Position numbers and translations under genes: made by a program
Origin: the human T2T-CHM13v2.0 reference genome, Homo sapiens
Assembly: GCF_009914755.1 (NCBI RefSeq)
Contig: NC_060938.1
Reading direction: 5' to 3' (one strand)
Length of the DNA stretch: 64,000 bases
Part shown: positions 22,221-40,949 of the stretch, in pieces
Numbering within the stretch: the first letter of the stretch is position 1
Layout: each line of letters begins with the position of its first letter
Notes under the pieces: model-generated
Seen by the model: only the letters and a program-made list of their open reading frames with translations
What the model was told of the DNA's origin: nothing
Database searches by the model: none

Positions 22221-23437
22221 AGATTTCCCTGCATTTCATATTTGCAAAGAGAATGTTGACAAGAACTGGTGGCCCTCCTTGTCAACCTCAGAAAAGAGCA
22301 ATAATGCCTGGACTGTGAGTATCTTGAGGCCAAAACCATGGCAGGTTTGCCCTGAACTCCCACTCAGATGTCCCCTGCCACCCTCTTGTCCTAGCTTGGG
22401 ACTTTGCACATAGTTTAAGCTCCAGTTATAAAGTCAGGGTTTAGGGGAAAATAATGCTTCAGTGGAGGAAATATTTAAGGGCTGAATATTTGTAGTGGCC
22501 TCAAATCACACCCTCCAAGTAACCACACACAAAGTTGACCCTAAAATAAGACTGCACCCCGGTGAAACTCTTCAGCCACTGAAGTGTTAGCTCGGTGTGT
22601 AGCTGGGTTTCATTTTCATTTTTGTGTTTAACAAATAAAGAATTAAAAACAAGAGAAACTATTAACTAACTACTAGTAGTAAATTACTGCACAGGAAAAT
22701 GGAATTACATAAAAGACACATTTTTCTGGTGCTTACTGAAAACCCTCCTGGACATAATAGAGTGAAGAAGCCCCATTTTCCCTCCTCCCCCCAGCGCCCC
22801 ACAAAATGAAATTATCTAGGCACATAGCTCTACCCCTGCTCCTGCACATGGAAGATGAGGAAGAAACCACTTTACCTTTCTGCCCCATGAGCCTCTTAAG
22901 AAAGCTCAGGCCTGGGGCAGGACGGGTTCCTGCTTGGCTCTGCTGCCTTCACTCCTGTGTGTGTGGCTGTGGGGGAGGTAAATTAAGAATTCACACTTCT
23001 GCAAAGTGCTGGGTTCACGCCCAACCACAGGCTTCTGCAACTTTGACCAAAGGCATGTATGGTGGGGTAGATGCGCCCTCACTCTTCATGGAACGGTCTC
23101 CCCCAGTTGACTGAGCCTTCAGCGGGAGTGAAGTCACAGGGCAGGGCTCACAGAGAGCTGACTCAGACCCAGGCTGTGCCTCTCTTATGCACCAGGCAGC
23201 AGCTGGACATTTGACATCCACTCTTCCTACACACCACACCGCCCCCCGGGTTACACATCCATCTCATTTTATAGGAGGGAAGCCAAGCTATGCGATTAGC
23301 TCAAGACTGCACAGGCAGTAGCAGCAGACGCAGGGTTCAAAGTCGGTTTTTCCAATGACACGCGTCCTGTTGTGTCTACCTCCTCATGTTAGGGTAACCC
23401 AGGCTGTGCTGCTACACAACTTAATCTCTTTATCTAA

Positions 23438-24507
<1,070 letters not shown>

Positions 24508-26499
24508 TTCGAAAAAACAAGAAGTTTACACAAGAAAGGTTCACATGTCCTCTTTTGCCATAGGCTGTTGGTGGTCCTTCTATCCCTCTAGCCACCCCTC
24601 ATGGCCTCCAGGACCTCCATGGCAGGGGAAGAGGGAGACGGAGGAGTCCCACTGGCTCTTAACTGCCTCAACCCAGAAGTGACACTCATCACCTCTATTC
24701 ACAGCCCATTGGCCAGAGCCAGTCACATGACCCAACCCGACCTCCAGAGAAGCTGGGAAATGCAGAACAGCCCCCGAGTGTGGTTGGCAGTGCCCATTGG
24801 CACCATGTCCAGGAAGAGGGTGTGCACAGTTACTCCTTGTTGACTGAAGGGGCCTTCACTAGAAATTTGTTCACCAGTCAATTTGGGAATCAGGACCATG
24901 GGTCAACGGAAGTGCCCACACACCTGGATTTGTTACATAACATACGCAGGATCTTATTCTGAGCTGACTGAGGTTTTTCCCTCCGTCCTCTGAAGTTCAC
25001 TGCTGGCACCATTCCTTTATCCATCACTCACTGTGCTTGCTCCCATCACACTGAAGAAGCATGGGGCTTTCAAGGTAATACAGAGGCAAGAATCTAGGAG
25101 ACTTTATTCCTGGTTGTGCAATGTGCCCTCAGGAGCAAACCAACCCGCAGCATTTGGAAGTGAGCAGCTAGCTCCTTGGAAACAGAGGCTCACAGTGGGG
25201 GCCCCTCCAGTCCAGAAATGTGTCCACTTGACATGCCAATCAAAGGAGATGTTGGAACTTTGGAAGGTGTGAGGTAGGTGTGTGGGATAAGGTAAAAACA
25301 CCCAGGCTTCACTTCAAAGCCCTCAAAATAGGGTTTGATGGATGGATTTAGAACATAGACTTTTTAAGCTGGAAGGAACCAAGAGATAATGCAGTCCACC
25401 TACCTTAGGAGGGAGTCTGAGGCCAGGGAGAGGCGGGGGAGGCACAGGACCGGGGTAGTGCCTGAGCCATGGGGTGGGCCCCGATGCCCTGACTCCCAGG
25501 CCCAGGAGGCAGAAGGGCTTCAATGGGGCCTTCCCGTCTACGTCCAGCCTCCTTTATTCTGAAGCAAAGCCAGGGTTCCCGAGCTCACTCCGAAGCCCAG
25601 GGACCAGGTGTAAGCCACATAGCTCCCTTGAAGCAGGTCCCGAGGATGGGCGAAGGGGGTTCCCCTCTGAGCTGTGTCTGTGGAGTCAGCCAGGAGATCT
25701 TCTCCTCCTCTGGCCTCTGCAAGATCAAACCTCCCTGGTAGTGTCGAGTCAAAAAACATTTCCTGAGCCCCTGCTATGTGCTAAGGCCGCTGGATAGGGA
25801 TCAGAAAGAATTCAAATCGAGCTCAGCTGCTTCCTGGCAGTGTGAACTCAGGCAAGGCCCTTCAACCCCCCAGGGCCTCAGTTTCCTCCTCTGTGAGATG
25901 GAATCCTAGCGGGACCTCCCTCACAACGCAGTTCCAAGGAGGAACTGAGAAAGCTCAGGTGAAAGTACTAAGCTCAGCATCTGGGCGTGGAAGGCGCTTC
26001 ACCTGTGTGAATGCAATCCCCATAGATAGCCAGTACCAAGTAGAACGCAGCGAGTTCTATGGAGACAAAGATGAGGGGTGTTGTGCAAATACACCAAGGA
26101 AGGCTTCCTGGGGGAGGAGGCCTCTTCACCTCCCTTTCAAGGCTGGGCCAGACATCACTTCCTCCAGGAAGGCTTCCCTCTGCAGGCTCCAACCAGGCAC
26201 TGGGCCTCATCCATCACAGCACATCAGTCCCTGGGCTGTAACCCTGCAGGCCCCAAGCTGCTACTGAACTCAGTGGGTGCAGGAATGGTGTCTTCTTTAC
26301 CTCTGGGACCCCACAGTGCCCCAGGACTTGGCATGTAAACAGCTCTCATTTTACCAGCTGTAATCAAGACACGCTGTAATTCCTCCATAGCTCCCCCAGG
26401 TACCAGCCTATTTCTCCAAGAAGAGCACATTTGTGACAGGGCTGTCTATGCTAACTCTGTTGGGTCTCTGTCTTCCCAGTCCCTGTGGAAGCCACCCCA

Positions 26500-27590
26500 T
26501 CCGCCTTGGCTCTCAGGAGCCACCCAAGGGCCCTTGCCAAAGTCACCACTGGCCTCTCTGTTGCTAAGTGCAATGTCACCACGCAGTCCTCATCACCCCA
26601 GGCCCGTCGGTTGCCTGTGCCATGGCAGGGCGTTCCTCCTCTTTGCTGGGCTTTGAGGTGGCCACGTGCCCCTGGTTTTTTCCCCCATCTCACCGGCCAG
26701 AAATCTCTTTTCTGGTTCTCCCTCATCTCTCAACCTCTGGGCATAGTTCTGCCCCAGAGCTCATCCCTCAGACCTCTTCTCAACTTACACTCACTCCCTT
26801 GGCAATACCAACGTCTCATGTGGCTTCAAATGCCATCTACATGCCAATGTGTCCCCAGCCCCGAACAATGCTTCCATGTATCCAGCTACCTGATGGACTT
26901 CCTCACTAACAGTGGACTAACTCACTAACAGTGAGTGCCTAACAGGCCTCTCACTGTTAACCTCTCCAAGACTGACTTCAGAGCTCCACTCCCCAAATCT
27001 GCTCTGCCCACAGTATTCTCTAATTCAGAATATGGTCACTGCTCAGGCTAAAACCCTGAGAGTCAGCCCTGACCTTTCTCTTTCTCCCACACCCAACATC
27101 CAACCCCTCATCACACTGTATGGCTTCTGCCTTTAAAGTCTTTCCAGAACATGGCCAGGTCTCACTAACCCTACTGCCACCTCCCCAGGCCAAGAGCCTC
27201 CTGTCTGGTCTTTTTGCTTCTTCCTTGAGGCTACTCTCAACAGTCAGTCTGATATTTTGAAGCATAGCCAGATCACAACACTGCTCTGACGAAAACTTTC
27301 TGTTACTCAGAGTAAAAACCAAAGACCCTATGATGGCCCAGAGGGTCCTAGGTCCCAGCCTCCTTTGCCTCTCTGACCTTAACCCCACCACTCTCTCCCT
27401 CCGGAACACCACTCCGCTGGCCTGTGGATTATTCTGCAACTCACAGGCAGGTACATGCGTCAGGATCTTTGCATCTTCTATTTCCTCTCCCTGCAATATG
27501 CTCCCCAGGTCATGGCCTGCTTCCTCTCCTCCTTCAGGTCTCTGTTCACATATTGCCTTCTCAAGGAGGCCTTCCTGGACCAGTTGATTT
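26500..27590. mobile_element. Degenerate L2 (LINE2) fragments
   Basis: L2-like motifs such as gtcactgctcaggctaaaaccctgagagtcagccctgac and ttgccttctcaaggaggccttcctggacc. Confidence 0.55.
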
Positions 27591-27663
27591 ATCACTGAAA
27601 CACTGACAACTTGGATAAAATGAACCAATTCCTTGAAAAATACCAATTATCAAAACTGACATA

Positions 27664-27933
27664 AGGCACAGTAGCTCACAGCTATAATCCCAGCACTTTA
27701 AGAGGCTGAGTTGGGAGGATCCCTTGAAGCCAGGAGTTCAAGACCAGCCTGGGCAACATATCAAGACCCCATCTCTACAAAATTAGCCAAGCGTGGTGGT
27801 GTGGACCTGTAGTCTCAGCTACTTGGGAGGCTGAGGCTGGAGGATCACTTGAGCCCAGGAGGCTCGACCGCACCACTGCACTCCAACCCAGGTGACAGAG
27901 TGAGACGCTCAAAATACACAAACAAACAAAAAA
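27664..27933 (+). mobile_element. AluJ (internally deleted)
   Basis: Diverged Alu consensus. Confidence 0.85.
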
Positions 27934-28174
27934 CTACCATCAGAAGAAACAGAAAATTTTCAGAGTCACGTCTGTTTAAGATTGAATCTGTAATTTAAAA
28001 CCTTCTTCCCCTCCTTCCTCTTTCTCTGCTCTCCCCAGCCCCCACCAAAAAAAAAAAAAATAGGTCCAGATGACTTCATTGGTAAATTTTCCAAATATTT
28101 AAGGAAGAAATACCAGTTTTACACCAACTCTTCCAGAAAACAGAGGAAGAAAAAACACCTCCCAACTCATTTTA

Positions 28175-28514
<340 letters not shown>

Positions 28515-29162
28515 TTAAACAAAATATTAGGAAGTTGAATACTGCAATGCACTGAAAGGATAATACATCATGACCAGGTATTGGGGGTTAAGGATTCAAC
28601 ATATGAATTTGAGTGGGACATAATTCAGGCCATAGCAGTCACATAAAAGGCTTGGGTGAGAAGGGGGTGAAATGTTCAAAATGATGGGGTCATAACACAG
28701 AACACTCTCTGATTATATTTTATATAATCCTGACCATGTTAATGTGTCACGTGCTCAAAGAAAAGAAAATGAAATCAACCAGGAGAGAGGAGAGGACCTG
28801 AATTAGAATACCAACAGACTACAGAGCTAAATTTCAAATAAATAGCATAACTGCTGCGGGGGAGAACTGAGTCACTTTTGAACATGGTACTTGGATTATA
28901 TGCCCTCAGACACTAGACAAAAAGACCCCAAACAAATCTTGAACTGTCTTTAGTAGGCTTCCTTTTTGCAAAGGAATGGGTTAGCAATTCGGATACTCTG
29001 TACATTCTATCACTGAACAAATATGTGACTATGTTGTTGATCATGGAAGCCAGTCTTTTCACTATTGAGAAGGGAGTTACAAATATGCAAAAGGAGAAAG
29101 ATAAGAGGTACCATGAGGTGTTGTTTGGAATTGGAGATATTGGTGTGAACTTATAGGTTTCG

Positions 29163-29365
29163 ATATATAGATAGATAGATAGATAGATAACAGATATATA
29201 GCTGATAGATAAATAGGTGATAAATATATGCTGATAGACCGATGATAGATACATAGATATATAGATAGATGATAGATTGATAGATACATACATACATACA
29301 TAGGTAAATGATTGATAGATACACACATACAGATATGTGTGGATATGTGATGTATGTGTGTGTGT
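29163..29365. repeat. Degenerate (GATA)n/(TACA)n microsatellite region
   Basis: Read directly. Confidence 0.85.
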
Positions 29366-30157
29366 AAAATTTCCCAGTTCTGTCTGCTAAGAGGGCCTCG
29401 TAGCAATGAGCATATGTATAGACAAGATCTTGGTTTATAAATGTCATTTTCCACACAAAGGAACTCATGACTGATTCCAGGGCTGGAGCAAGGAATGTAC
29501 AAGATGAGCTTAGAACATCTTGTAGCAAAATGTAAGGAAGTGCTCCAAAAAAAAAAAAAAGATAGAGGTATGTCAAAAAGGCACAAGAGCCAAACTAAAG
29601 AGGCTTCCACTGGCCAAATCTGGGACACTTTGAGTGTCAAAATAAACAATGGCAGTAAATGATTATAACCTATAGTATAAAGTAAGAATCTATGAATCAT
29701 ACTGATATAAATAGATGAATAAATAGGAAGAAAAATTATTTATTATAGTAGAAAGCCAACTAATAAAAATAGAACAAATGATAAAATTAGAAAATCACCG
29801 TTTGGCAACCATAATAATAATTATAATAATTGATTCAAGCAAGAGTCATTAATAGATGCTAAAACTAGGAGATAAGACTTTGAGTAACAACAAGATATTT
29901 ACATAGTCTCAAAGTATAGCCTCACATCATACTTTTCAATTACAAAGGATAAAATAGTGTCTACACTAGAGAGGCCTGACAGATGCCGTCTTAACCAAGT
30001 GATTGAAGTTATGTCACCAGCCATGGGACTAATGGGCCACACGTGCTTCCTGATAGGATGCACTGAGAACACAGCATCACCGCATGGTGCTCCGGCCAAA
30101 GGGCCTTAACTGAATCTACCTATGAGAAACCATCAGGAAACCCATCCTTGGATTCCA

Positions 30158-30453
30158 GGCCAGGCACGGTGCTCACACCTGTAATCCCAGCACTTAGGGA
30201 GGCCAAGGCTGGTGGATCACTTGAGGTCAGGAGTTCAAGATCAGCCTGGCCAACATAGTGAAACCCTGTCTCTACTGAAAATATGAAAATTACCCGACTC
30301 TGGTAGCACACACCTGTAATCCCAACTACGCATGAGGCTGAGGCACGAGAATCACTTGAACCCAGGAGGTAGAGGTTGCAGTGAGCTGAGACTGTGCCAC
30401 TCCAGCCTGGGCAACAGAGTAAGACTCCATCTCAAAAAAAAAAAAAAAGAAAA
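30158..30453 (+). mobile_element. AluS
   Basis: Alu consensus with A tail. Confidence 0.92.
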
Positions 30454-30763
30454 GACACCCATTCTACAAAATAACTGGACCATGCTCTTCAAAAGTGTCT
30501 GTGTCGTAAAATATGAAACTAAAGAGGCATGACAAATGAGAGCAACAGATGACCTTGGGCTTTCTTGCAGTATAAAGGATATTATTGGGACAGCTGGTGA
30601 AACCTAAATAAGGAATAGTTTAGGCTACAGTTTTGTACCAATGTTAATTTCCTGATTTTGATCATTGCACTGTGGTTATGCAAGATAAATCCTTGCTTTT
30701 AGGAAATACACACGCTGAAATAGAGGCATCTTACTCTTAGATAGTTCAGGAGAGGGAGGGGGG

Positions 30764-30796
<33 letters not shown>

Positions 30797-30825
30797 TATG
30801 CAGTAAAGTATTCGCATTTGGGGAG

Positions 30826-31463
<638 letters not shown>

Positions 31464-31564
31464 AGACTGGGAGTGTGGATAAAGGACAATCAAGAATTAT
31501 TTGGGCTATTCTTGCAACTTTTCAGTAAGTCTGAAATTATACCTAAAAAGGAATCAAGCAATAG

Positions 31565-31972
<408 letters not shown>

Positions 31973-33231
31973 TAACAATATTTGTTAAATAAATGATTTG
32001 CACAGAGTTGTGCCTGAAGTATATCTGTTGAATGAATGAGTGAATTCATGGGGAAACAATCTCAAGTTGAACCTGAAAGATGGGGTCCTCTCTTGCCAAA
32101 GACATCTCTTAGATGAGGTGCAGTTCTGATGGCCTCAAGATGAATATTTGAAGGTCAGCCTTAACGGAGGTACCACAAGAGAGCATCCTCACAGCCTAAC
32201 CCCGGAACTTATTTTGTTGTGCTGTGAACCCAACCTGGTTTTCATGAGTCTATTCCCACCCCCAACAGGAGTGGCGCTGTTGTTGGCATGGCCCCAAGAG
32301 AAATATGCCTGAGATGCAGTTCTCCTTAGCCCTCAGGGCCGAGAGGAGACGATTCTTCAGCAGCCAGTAGGACCCACTCGAAGCGCGTCACAATGCCAGG
32401 GTTATGAGTCAAAGCTCCCCAAGTATTATCGCTGCATATACTCAGTACTTCTTTTGCTAGGCAAGACTGGAGGGCAAAGGAAGATCCAAAAATGCCTGGT
32501 TTTTAACACAAGTTTAGGAATAACTTGGGAAGAGGCAAAGTGACTCCAGGGAACGAAGGCAGCAGAGAGAAATGCCTGATCCCTCCTCTTCCTCTCTCCA
32601 CTCCCTCCCGGAAAACGTGGAACCATCTGTAATTCTTTGGCATCTAGGGTCAGTGTATCGTTATCATTCCTATCTCTTATTCTACAGCATGATTCTCTGA
32701 CTCGTAGAATCAGGAAGCTCACCTGGGAAATAGATTCAGTTGATCTGGAGTGAAGCCCAGGAATCTGTATTTTTCACAAGATGAAAGATCAGATTTGAAC
32801 CCAGGGATCTTGCTCAGAGTTCATGCCCTCAACCACTCAGCTCTGCTCTTCTAATTCTCTGGCAGGGCTACAAGCATACACAGGAAGAAGCTGCAAAGAT
32901 GTCCACTGTAGCACTTTTCAATATCACAAAACCAAAAATGAACTTCATGCTTCCCAATGGAGGAGTGATTAATTAAATTCTAATGCAGTGGAACTTGTAC
33001 TGTCAGCTATGACAGAGTAGCTTATAGAAGACCAAAATAGCTGTTAAGAACAACTGAAAAATCCAGAAAAAGTAAATTTTAAAAATCTTTTTTTGAAAGA
33101 ATTGGGATCATAGGCTGGACCATATAGTGATTCTCAACAAATTTCAAAAGATTGAAATCATTCAGAGTTTGTTGTGAGATCATAGTGGTATTAAAGCCAG
33201 AAATCAATAACAAAAAGAAAATCAAAAACTA

Positions 33232-33915
<684 letters not shown>

Positions 33916-34525
33916 TCACTACAGTCCCTACAGGCACATTATGAACAACTACTTTCCAAAACATTCAAACATTTTGACGATATATACAAAGTCCTAGAAA
34001 ACACAACTTTTCAAAACCAATGCACGAAGACATACAAAATCTAACATACGAATATTTTTAAATTATTTTGTAATTTAAAATCTTCCCAAAAAGAAATGTC
34101 CAAAGCACAGTCAGTTTCCCTGGTGAATACACTCAAACATCTATGGAAGAAGTAATGCCAATGTTATACAACCTTCTAGAGAATAAAAAAAGAAATGTTT
34201 TCTTACTAATTTTATGATACCAGTACAACCTTGATGTCAAAATCCTGATAAACACGTTGCAAGAATGACAAATTACAGATCACTCTCTCTCAAACATAGA
34301 TGCTAAAATTCTAAGCAAAATATAATCAAATTGAATCCAGTGATCTTTTTAAAAAGGATAATATATACATTTTGGCCACATTTGATTAATTTCAGGAATG
34401 AAAGCCTGATTTTTTTCATGTTTCAAAAAATCAATTTAACTCCCTACGTTCTCAGAAGATGCAGAAAAATCATATTATCGCCTCAACAGATACAGAAGAA
34501 ACATTTGATATAATTCAACATCCTA

Positions 34526-34884
<359 letters not shown>

Positions 34885-34892
34885 TTATTTTA

Positions 34893-35187
34893 GGCCAGGC
34901 ACAGTGGCTCACACCTGTAATCCCAGCACTTTGGGAGGCTGAGGTAGGAAGATTGCTTGAGTCCAGGAGCTCAAGACTAGCCTGGCCAATATAGTGATAT
35001 CCTGACTGTACAAAAAATTTTAAAAATTAGCTGAGTGAGGTGGTGCACAGTCCCTGCTACTTGGGAGGCTAAGGTGGGAGGATTGCTTGAGGCTGGGAGG
35101 TGGAGGTTGCAGCGAGCCATTAATACACCACTGCACTCCAGCCTGGGCAAAAAGAGTGAGACCCTGTCTGGAAAAAAAAAAAAAAAA
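34893..35187 (+). mobile_element. AluJ
   Basis: Diverged Alu consensus. Confidence 0.88.
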
Positions 35188-36495
35188 TTATGTTTTAAAA
35201 AACCTACAGTCATTACCACCTTATGCTTTCTCCTTGATTAAGAAAAGAAGACAAGGATTCCCAATACCATCATTTATATAAATATTGTTCTGAAGGTCCT
35301 AGACAGTGCAATAAAAATAAATAAAATGTATAAGAATGGGGAAAGAGTAAATGAAACTGCCATTTTCTCAAACAACATAATAGTATATGTAAAATTATCC
35401 AAAACAATCCACAAACTGTTAGAATTAATAAGTGAAGTTAGCAACACTAACTAGATTGCTAGACATTAGATCAGTATTAAAATTTCATTCTCATTTGTGT
35501 ATAACAGCGGCAAATATTTAGAAAAATTTTGAAAATGATACCATTTAGACTTCGGGCTTATGATAATGGAATAATTGGTCAGACAAATACTCTCAAACAT
35601 AAAAACTGTAAAATCTGGACAAAATTTATGAAAATAAAAAGTATTTGAAGACACAATCAAAAGAAGGCAGAAACCAAAAAGAATTTATCACAAGGTGGCC
35701 ATTGGAAAAGAATTTTGAATTTGTGTTTTTTTTTCCTTGAGGTGACTGAGAGTGATCTCCATCTTCACAAATCTTGTGGCTGAAAACCTCATTTTTACAG
35801 GCTTGAAGATGTAGAGGAGATAGTTCAGGGCTAGCAGAGTAGCTGGAAGTTTAGGGGGGCATTCCTGGAAGAACAAGAGCAATAAAAGGAACAAGACTCA
35901 AAAATCTGCATATAAACTCTGCTCATTTGCACATGCATAAAGGAGAACACAGGGAGTCCAGGGAAAAAGAAGCAGAAATCACTGAGAGAGATTTGTTAAG
36001 TTTGCTGCATTTTTTTTTTTTACTAAGGGCATTCCCCAGCATGAAGAGCTCAAGTAGCAGAAGATTGAATCCTTACTGACTTGAGGTATTAGAGGTCAGA
36101 GCTCAAGACTGGTGGACCAGCAGGAATTTCAGAGAGGAACCACAGGAGCAAGGAAGTCACAACAAGGGTAGATGTCAAGATGTGGATATAAACTCTATCC
36201 AAACTCTTGGCTGACCACCAAACTATGCTGTTGCAAGGAGACCCCAGCAAGTCAAGCCAAAAATACAGCAGCTGGAACCTGAAAAACCAGGACAGAAAAG
36301 ATGATGTTTAAAGATTGAGTCTCAGCGAACTAACAACCTTCTGGAAGAAAAAATCAACAATCCTTAGAAGAACATAACAGAATCTAGAGTCACTACAATA
36401 TACTGTACTCAGTATCTAGTTTGCAACAGCATCAAAATACCAGAAATGCAAATAAATAAGAAAATGTGACACACACTCAAGGGAAACAGCAGTCA

Positions 36496-36932
<437 letters not shown>

Positions 36933-37299
36933 AAAGATAAATTTGGTGCTTTAATAGATTAAATGAAAACATTGTCTTAATGAGTGAACAAATAGAAAAT
37001 TTTAACAGAGAAAATGAAACTTTAGAAAATCTAGTACATAATTTTTCATTTTCCATTTGAAATGGAAAATGAAGCACTTACTAGATATGCTTAAAAACAG
37101 ATTGGAGATGGAAGAAGGAAAATATCAGTGAACTTGAAGATAAAATAATAAAAATCATTCAATCTAAGGCAGAGAGAAAACTGATTGAAGGAAAATGAAC
37201 ATCAGAGGACTTTGAGAAAATATCAAGAAGTCCAACATAGATGTAATTGGAGTTCAGGAATAAAGCAGAGAGAGAATGGGACTAAAAAATGCTTGAATA

Positions 37300-37684
<385 letters not shown>

Positions 37685-38864
37685 CTAAGCAGGATTAATA
37701 CAAAGGAAATGCTACTTTGACACCCCATAGTCAAAAGACTGAAAACAAGATAGAGATAAATTCTTGAAAGTAGCCAAGAAAAATGAGAGAAAACAGAATA
37801 AAATTAACCACTGACTTCTCATCAGAAACAGTGAAGACCAGGATGTATTTAAATTACATATTTAAAGTACTCAAAGAAAAATAAAACTGCCAACAAAAAA
37901 TTCCATATCCAGCAAAATAATCCTTTTAAAATGCAAGCCCCACAAGAGAAAAAACGTGAGATAATTAGTCCTACATACAAGAAATGCTAAAAGGCTGGCT
38001 GAAGGGAAACAATACCAGATGGTAATTTGAATTTATAGGAAAGAATAAAGTATACCAAAACACAAAATATGTGGATAAATACTATGGATATATATTTTTT
38101 CTTCTCTTAATGTCTTTGAAAGGCATATGATTGTTTGAAGCAACATTAAAAATATTGTATTGTGGGTTTATAATGAATATAGATATTGTATTGTGGGTTT
38201 ATAATAAAAAATATTGTATTGTGGGTTTATAATGAATATAGATGTAATATATGCTATGATAGCTTTAAATAAAACCATTGTTGGAAAGTTCCTACATTTT
38301 ATCTGAAGTATTTCAATACAAACTTGAAGACTGTGATAAGTTAAACATACTTATTGTAATCTTTGGAACAATCATTAAAAATGTTACTACATAGCTATAA
38401 AGCCAATAAAGAATAAATAAAACACCAAAAATATAATTAACACAGAAGAAGACAAACAGAAGAATAATTTAAAAAGAGGAAATGTATAGAAAAAAGATAC
38501 CAAAATGATAGACATAAATCTTAACAAACTGATAATTAGGCTAACTATAAATATATCACACATTAAAATCAAAAGGCAAAGACTGTAAAACTAGATAAAA
38601 ATACAAAACCCAGCTAAATATTGTTTACAAGAGTTACACTTTAAATACAATGACATGAATAGTTTGAAAGTACAATGGTGTCAAAAGATGTATTATGTAA
38701 ACAGTGAGCATAAGAAAGGCAGGGCAGCTGTATTAATGTTGGACAAAATAAACTTCAAATAAGAAGTACTACTAAGCAGAAAAAGGACATCTTATGATAA
38801 AATAATAGGGCAGGAAGATGTAAAAATAATAAATATATGTGTACTTAAGAAAAGAGCTTCAAAA

Positions 38865-38995
38865 CTACCTATCAGTACTATGCTCACTACCTGGGTAATG
38901 GGATCATTCATACCCCAAACCTCAGCATCAAAATATCTACATAACAAACCTGCACATGTACTCCTAAGCCTAAAATAAAAGTTGAAATATAGAAG
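38865..38995 (+). mobile_element. Short 3'-end fragment of an older L1P element
   Basis: ctatgctcactacctgggtaatgggatcattcataccccaaacctcagc...aacaaacctgcacatgtac...aaataaaagtt. Confidence 0.7.
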
Positions 38996-39883
38996 TTAAA
39001 ATTTTTTTAAAAAACTTCAAAATACAGGAAGAAAAAACTGATAGAACTAAAGGGAAGAAGAGTCAAATCAAAAATCACAGTTAGAAATTTTAAGACATGT
39101 TTCTAAAATCATTGATAGAATGGACCAGGAAAAAAATTGATAAGGAGTAAGAAGCTGTAATAATACTCACAAGTGCATTAACTAATTGATATTTATAACA
39201 TAGTATACCCAATATCTACAGAGTACATGTTCTGTTTAAGTGTATATGAAATGCTCTCCAAGATAGATCCTACACTGGACCTTAAAATAAATCTCGATAA
39301 TTTTCAAAAGACTGATATCTCACAGAGCATATTTTCTGACTAAGTTGAAATTATGAAATTAAATTAGTTTTCAGTAACACAATGAGATGCCTAGAAAAGC
39401 CCCAAGAATTTGGAAATCAAACAACCTATGGGTAAAAAAAGAAATTACAATCAAAATAGAAAATATTTTTAACTGATTAATAGCCCAAACACAGCATAAG
39501 AAAAGGTGTGAGATACAGGTGTGAGACACAGATACAATGGTGCTGAGAGAAAAACTTATAGTTTTAAAAGCATATAGTATAAAAGAAGAAAGGCCTACAA
39601 TCTATGCTGTAAGCTTCTACGTTAAGAAACTTTTTTTAAAAGAAGAAATTAAAAGTCAGCAGAAGAAAATTTAAGTAATAAAGAACAGAAATCAATGGAA
39701 TTTAAAAATCAGATGAACAATAGAGAAAAGAAGTAAAACTAAAAGCTTTTTCTTTGAAAAGAATCAATAAAATTACTAAACCTCTAGCTAAAGTAGTAAA
39801 GAAAAAATGACCTATTTCAAGAAGGAAAGTGGGGACACAAATACAGATCCTACAGATGTTAAAAAACAAAACAAAAAAACAAG

Positions 39884-40080
39884 CAGTGTTGTGCTGGTAA
39901 GCCAGCTCTTTGTGGCAGGAGAAAAAGATTTGATTTGTAGTGTTTGCCAATTTCCCTGTTGTAAATGCTCCCATCATGGCTGCTTTCAAACTATCAATGT
40001 GACATCACTGAGTGCAGAGTTAGAAAGGGATATTCACATCAGCTCCCATGAGCCTTTATAATCTGACTCCATGCATCAAT
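39884..40080. mobile_element. hAT-type MER DNA transposon remnant (MER63-like)
   Basis: cagtgttgtgctggtaagccagctc...tgtaaatgctcccatcatggc resembles the MER63 family (recognised from memory). Confidence 0.5.
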
Positions 40081-40185
40081 ATCCCTCACAAAAATAGACA
40101 TAAAATGCCTACCAAAATACTATAAATAACTTTATGCCAATAAATTCAACAAGTTAGGTGAAATACACAAACTTTTTGAAAGACA

Positions 40186-40523
40186 TGTTAGCTCAGGCTC
40201 CTATATCCAAATACCATAGACAGGGTGGCTTAAACAACAGACATTATTTCTCACAGCTCTGGAAGATGGGAATTCCAAGATCAAGATGCCAGTAGATGCA
40301 ATTCCTGGTAAGAGATCTCTTCCTTGCTTGCAGACAGCTAACTTCTCCATGTGTCCTGATATGTTGGAGAGAGAGAGAGAGAGCATGCACACTCTGGTCT
40401 CTCTTCCTCTTCATATCAGGACACTAATCCCATCCTGAGGACCCCACCTTCATACCTTATTTAAACCTAATTGCCTCCCAAAGCTCCACTGGGGTTAAGG
40501 CTTCAACATATGAATTTAGGGGG
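40186..40523 (-). mobile_element. MLT1-family LTR
   Basis: ggtggcttaaacaacagacattatttctcacagctctggaagatgggaattccaagatcaag... Confidence 0.75.
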
Positions 40524-40892
40524 TGATATGGTTTGGCTCTGTGTCCCCACCCAAATCTCATCTTGATTTGTAATACCCACATGTCAAGGGAGGGACCTGC
40601 TGGGAGTTGATTGGATCATGGGGGCAGTTTCCCCCATGCTGTTCTCGTGACAATGAGTTTTCACCAGATCTTATGGTTTAAAAATGCTTGGCAGTTCCCC
40701 CCGCCCATTTTTTTTCTCTCTCTCTCTCCTGCAGCCATATAAGAATGTGCTTGCTTCTCCCCCACTTTCTGCCATGAAAGTAAGTTTCCTGAAGCCTCCC
40801 CATGCAGAACTGTGAGCCAATTAAACCTCCTTTCTTTATAAATTACCCAGTCTCAGGTATTCTTTATAGCCGTGTGGAAACAGACTAATACA
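40524..40892 (+). mobile_element. THE1D/MSTA-like solo LTR, complete
   Basis: tgatatggtttggctctgtgtccccacccaaatctcatcttg ... gtgtggaaacagactaataca (TG...CA ends). Confidence 0.88.
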
Positions 40893-40949
40893 GGGAGACA
40901 TAAACATTCATTCCATAATAACATAATTACCAAACTAACTCAAAGTGAC

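Noticed and set aside
22669-22680. 12-bp palindrome ACTACTAGTAGT (and the 8-bp-arm hairpin at 50931-50949)
   Set aside because: Palindromes this short are expected by chance in 64 kb and have no supporting context.
28913-29700. ORFs of 137-207 aa rich in Y/I/L/S
   Set aside because: Translations of the (GATA)n/(TACA)n microsatellite and old repeat sequence.
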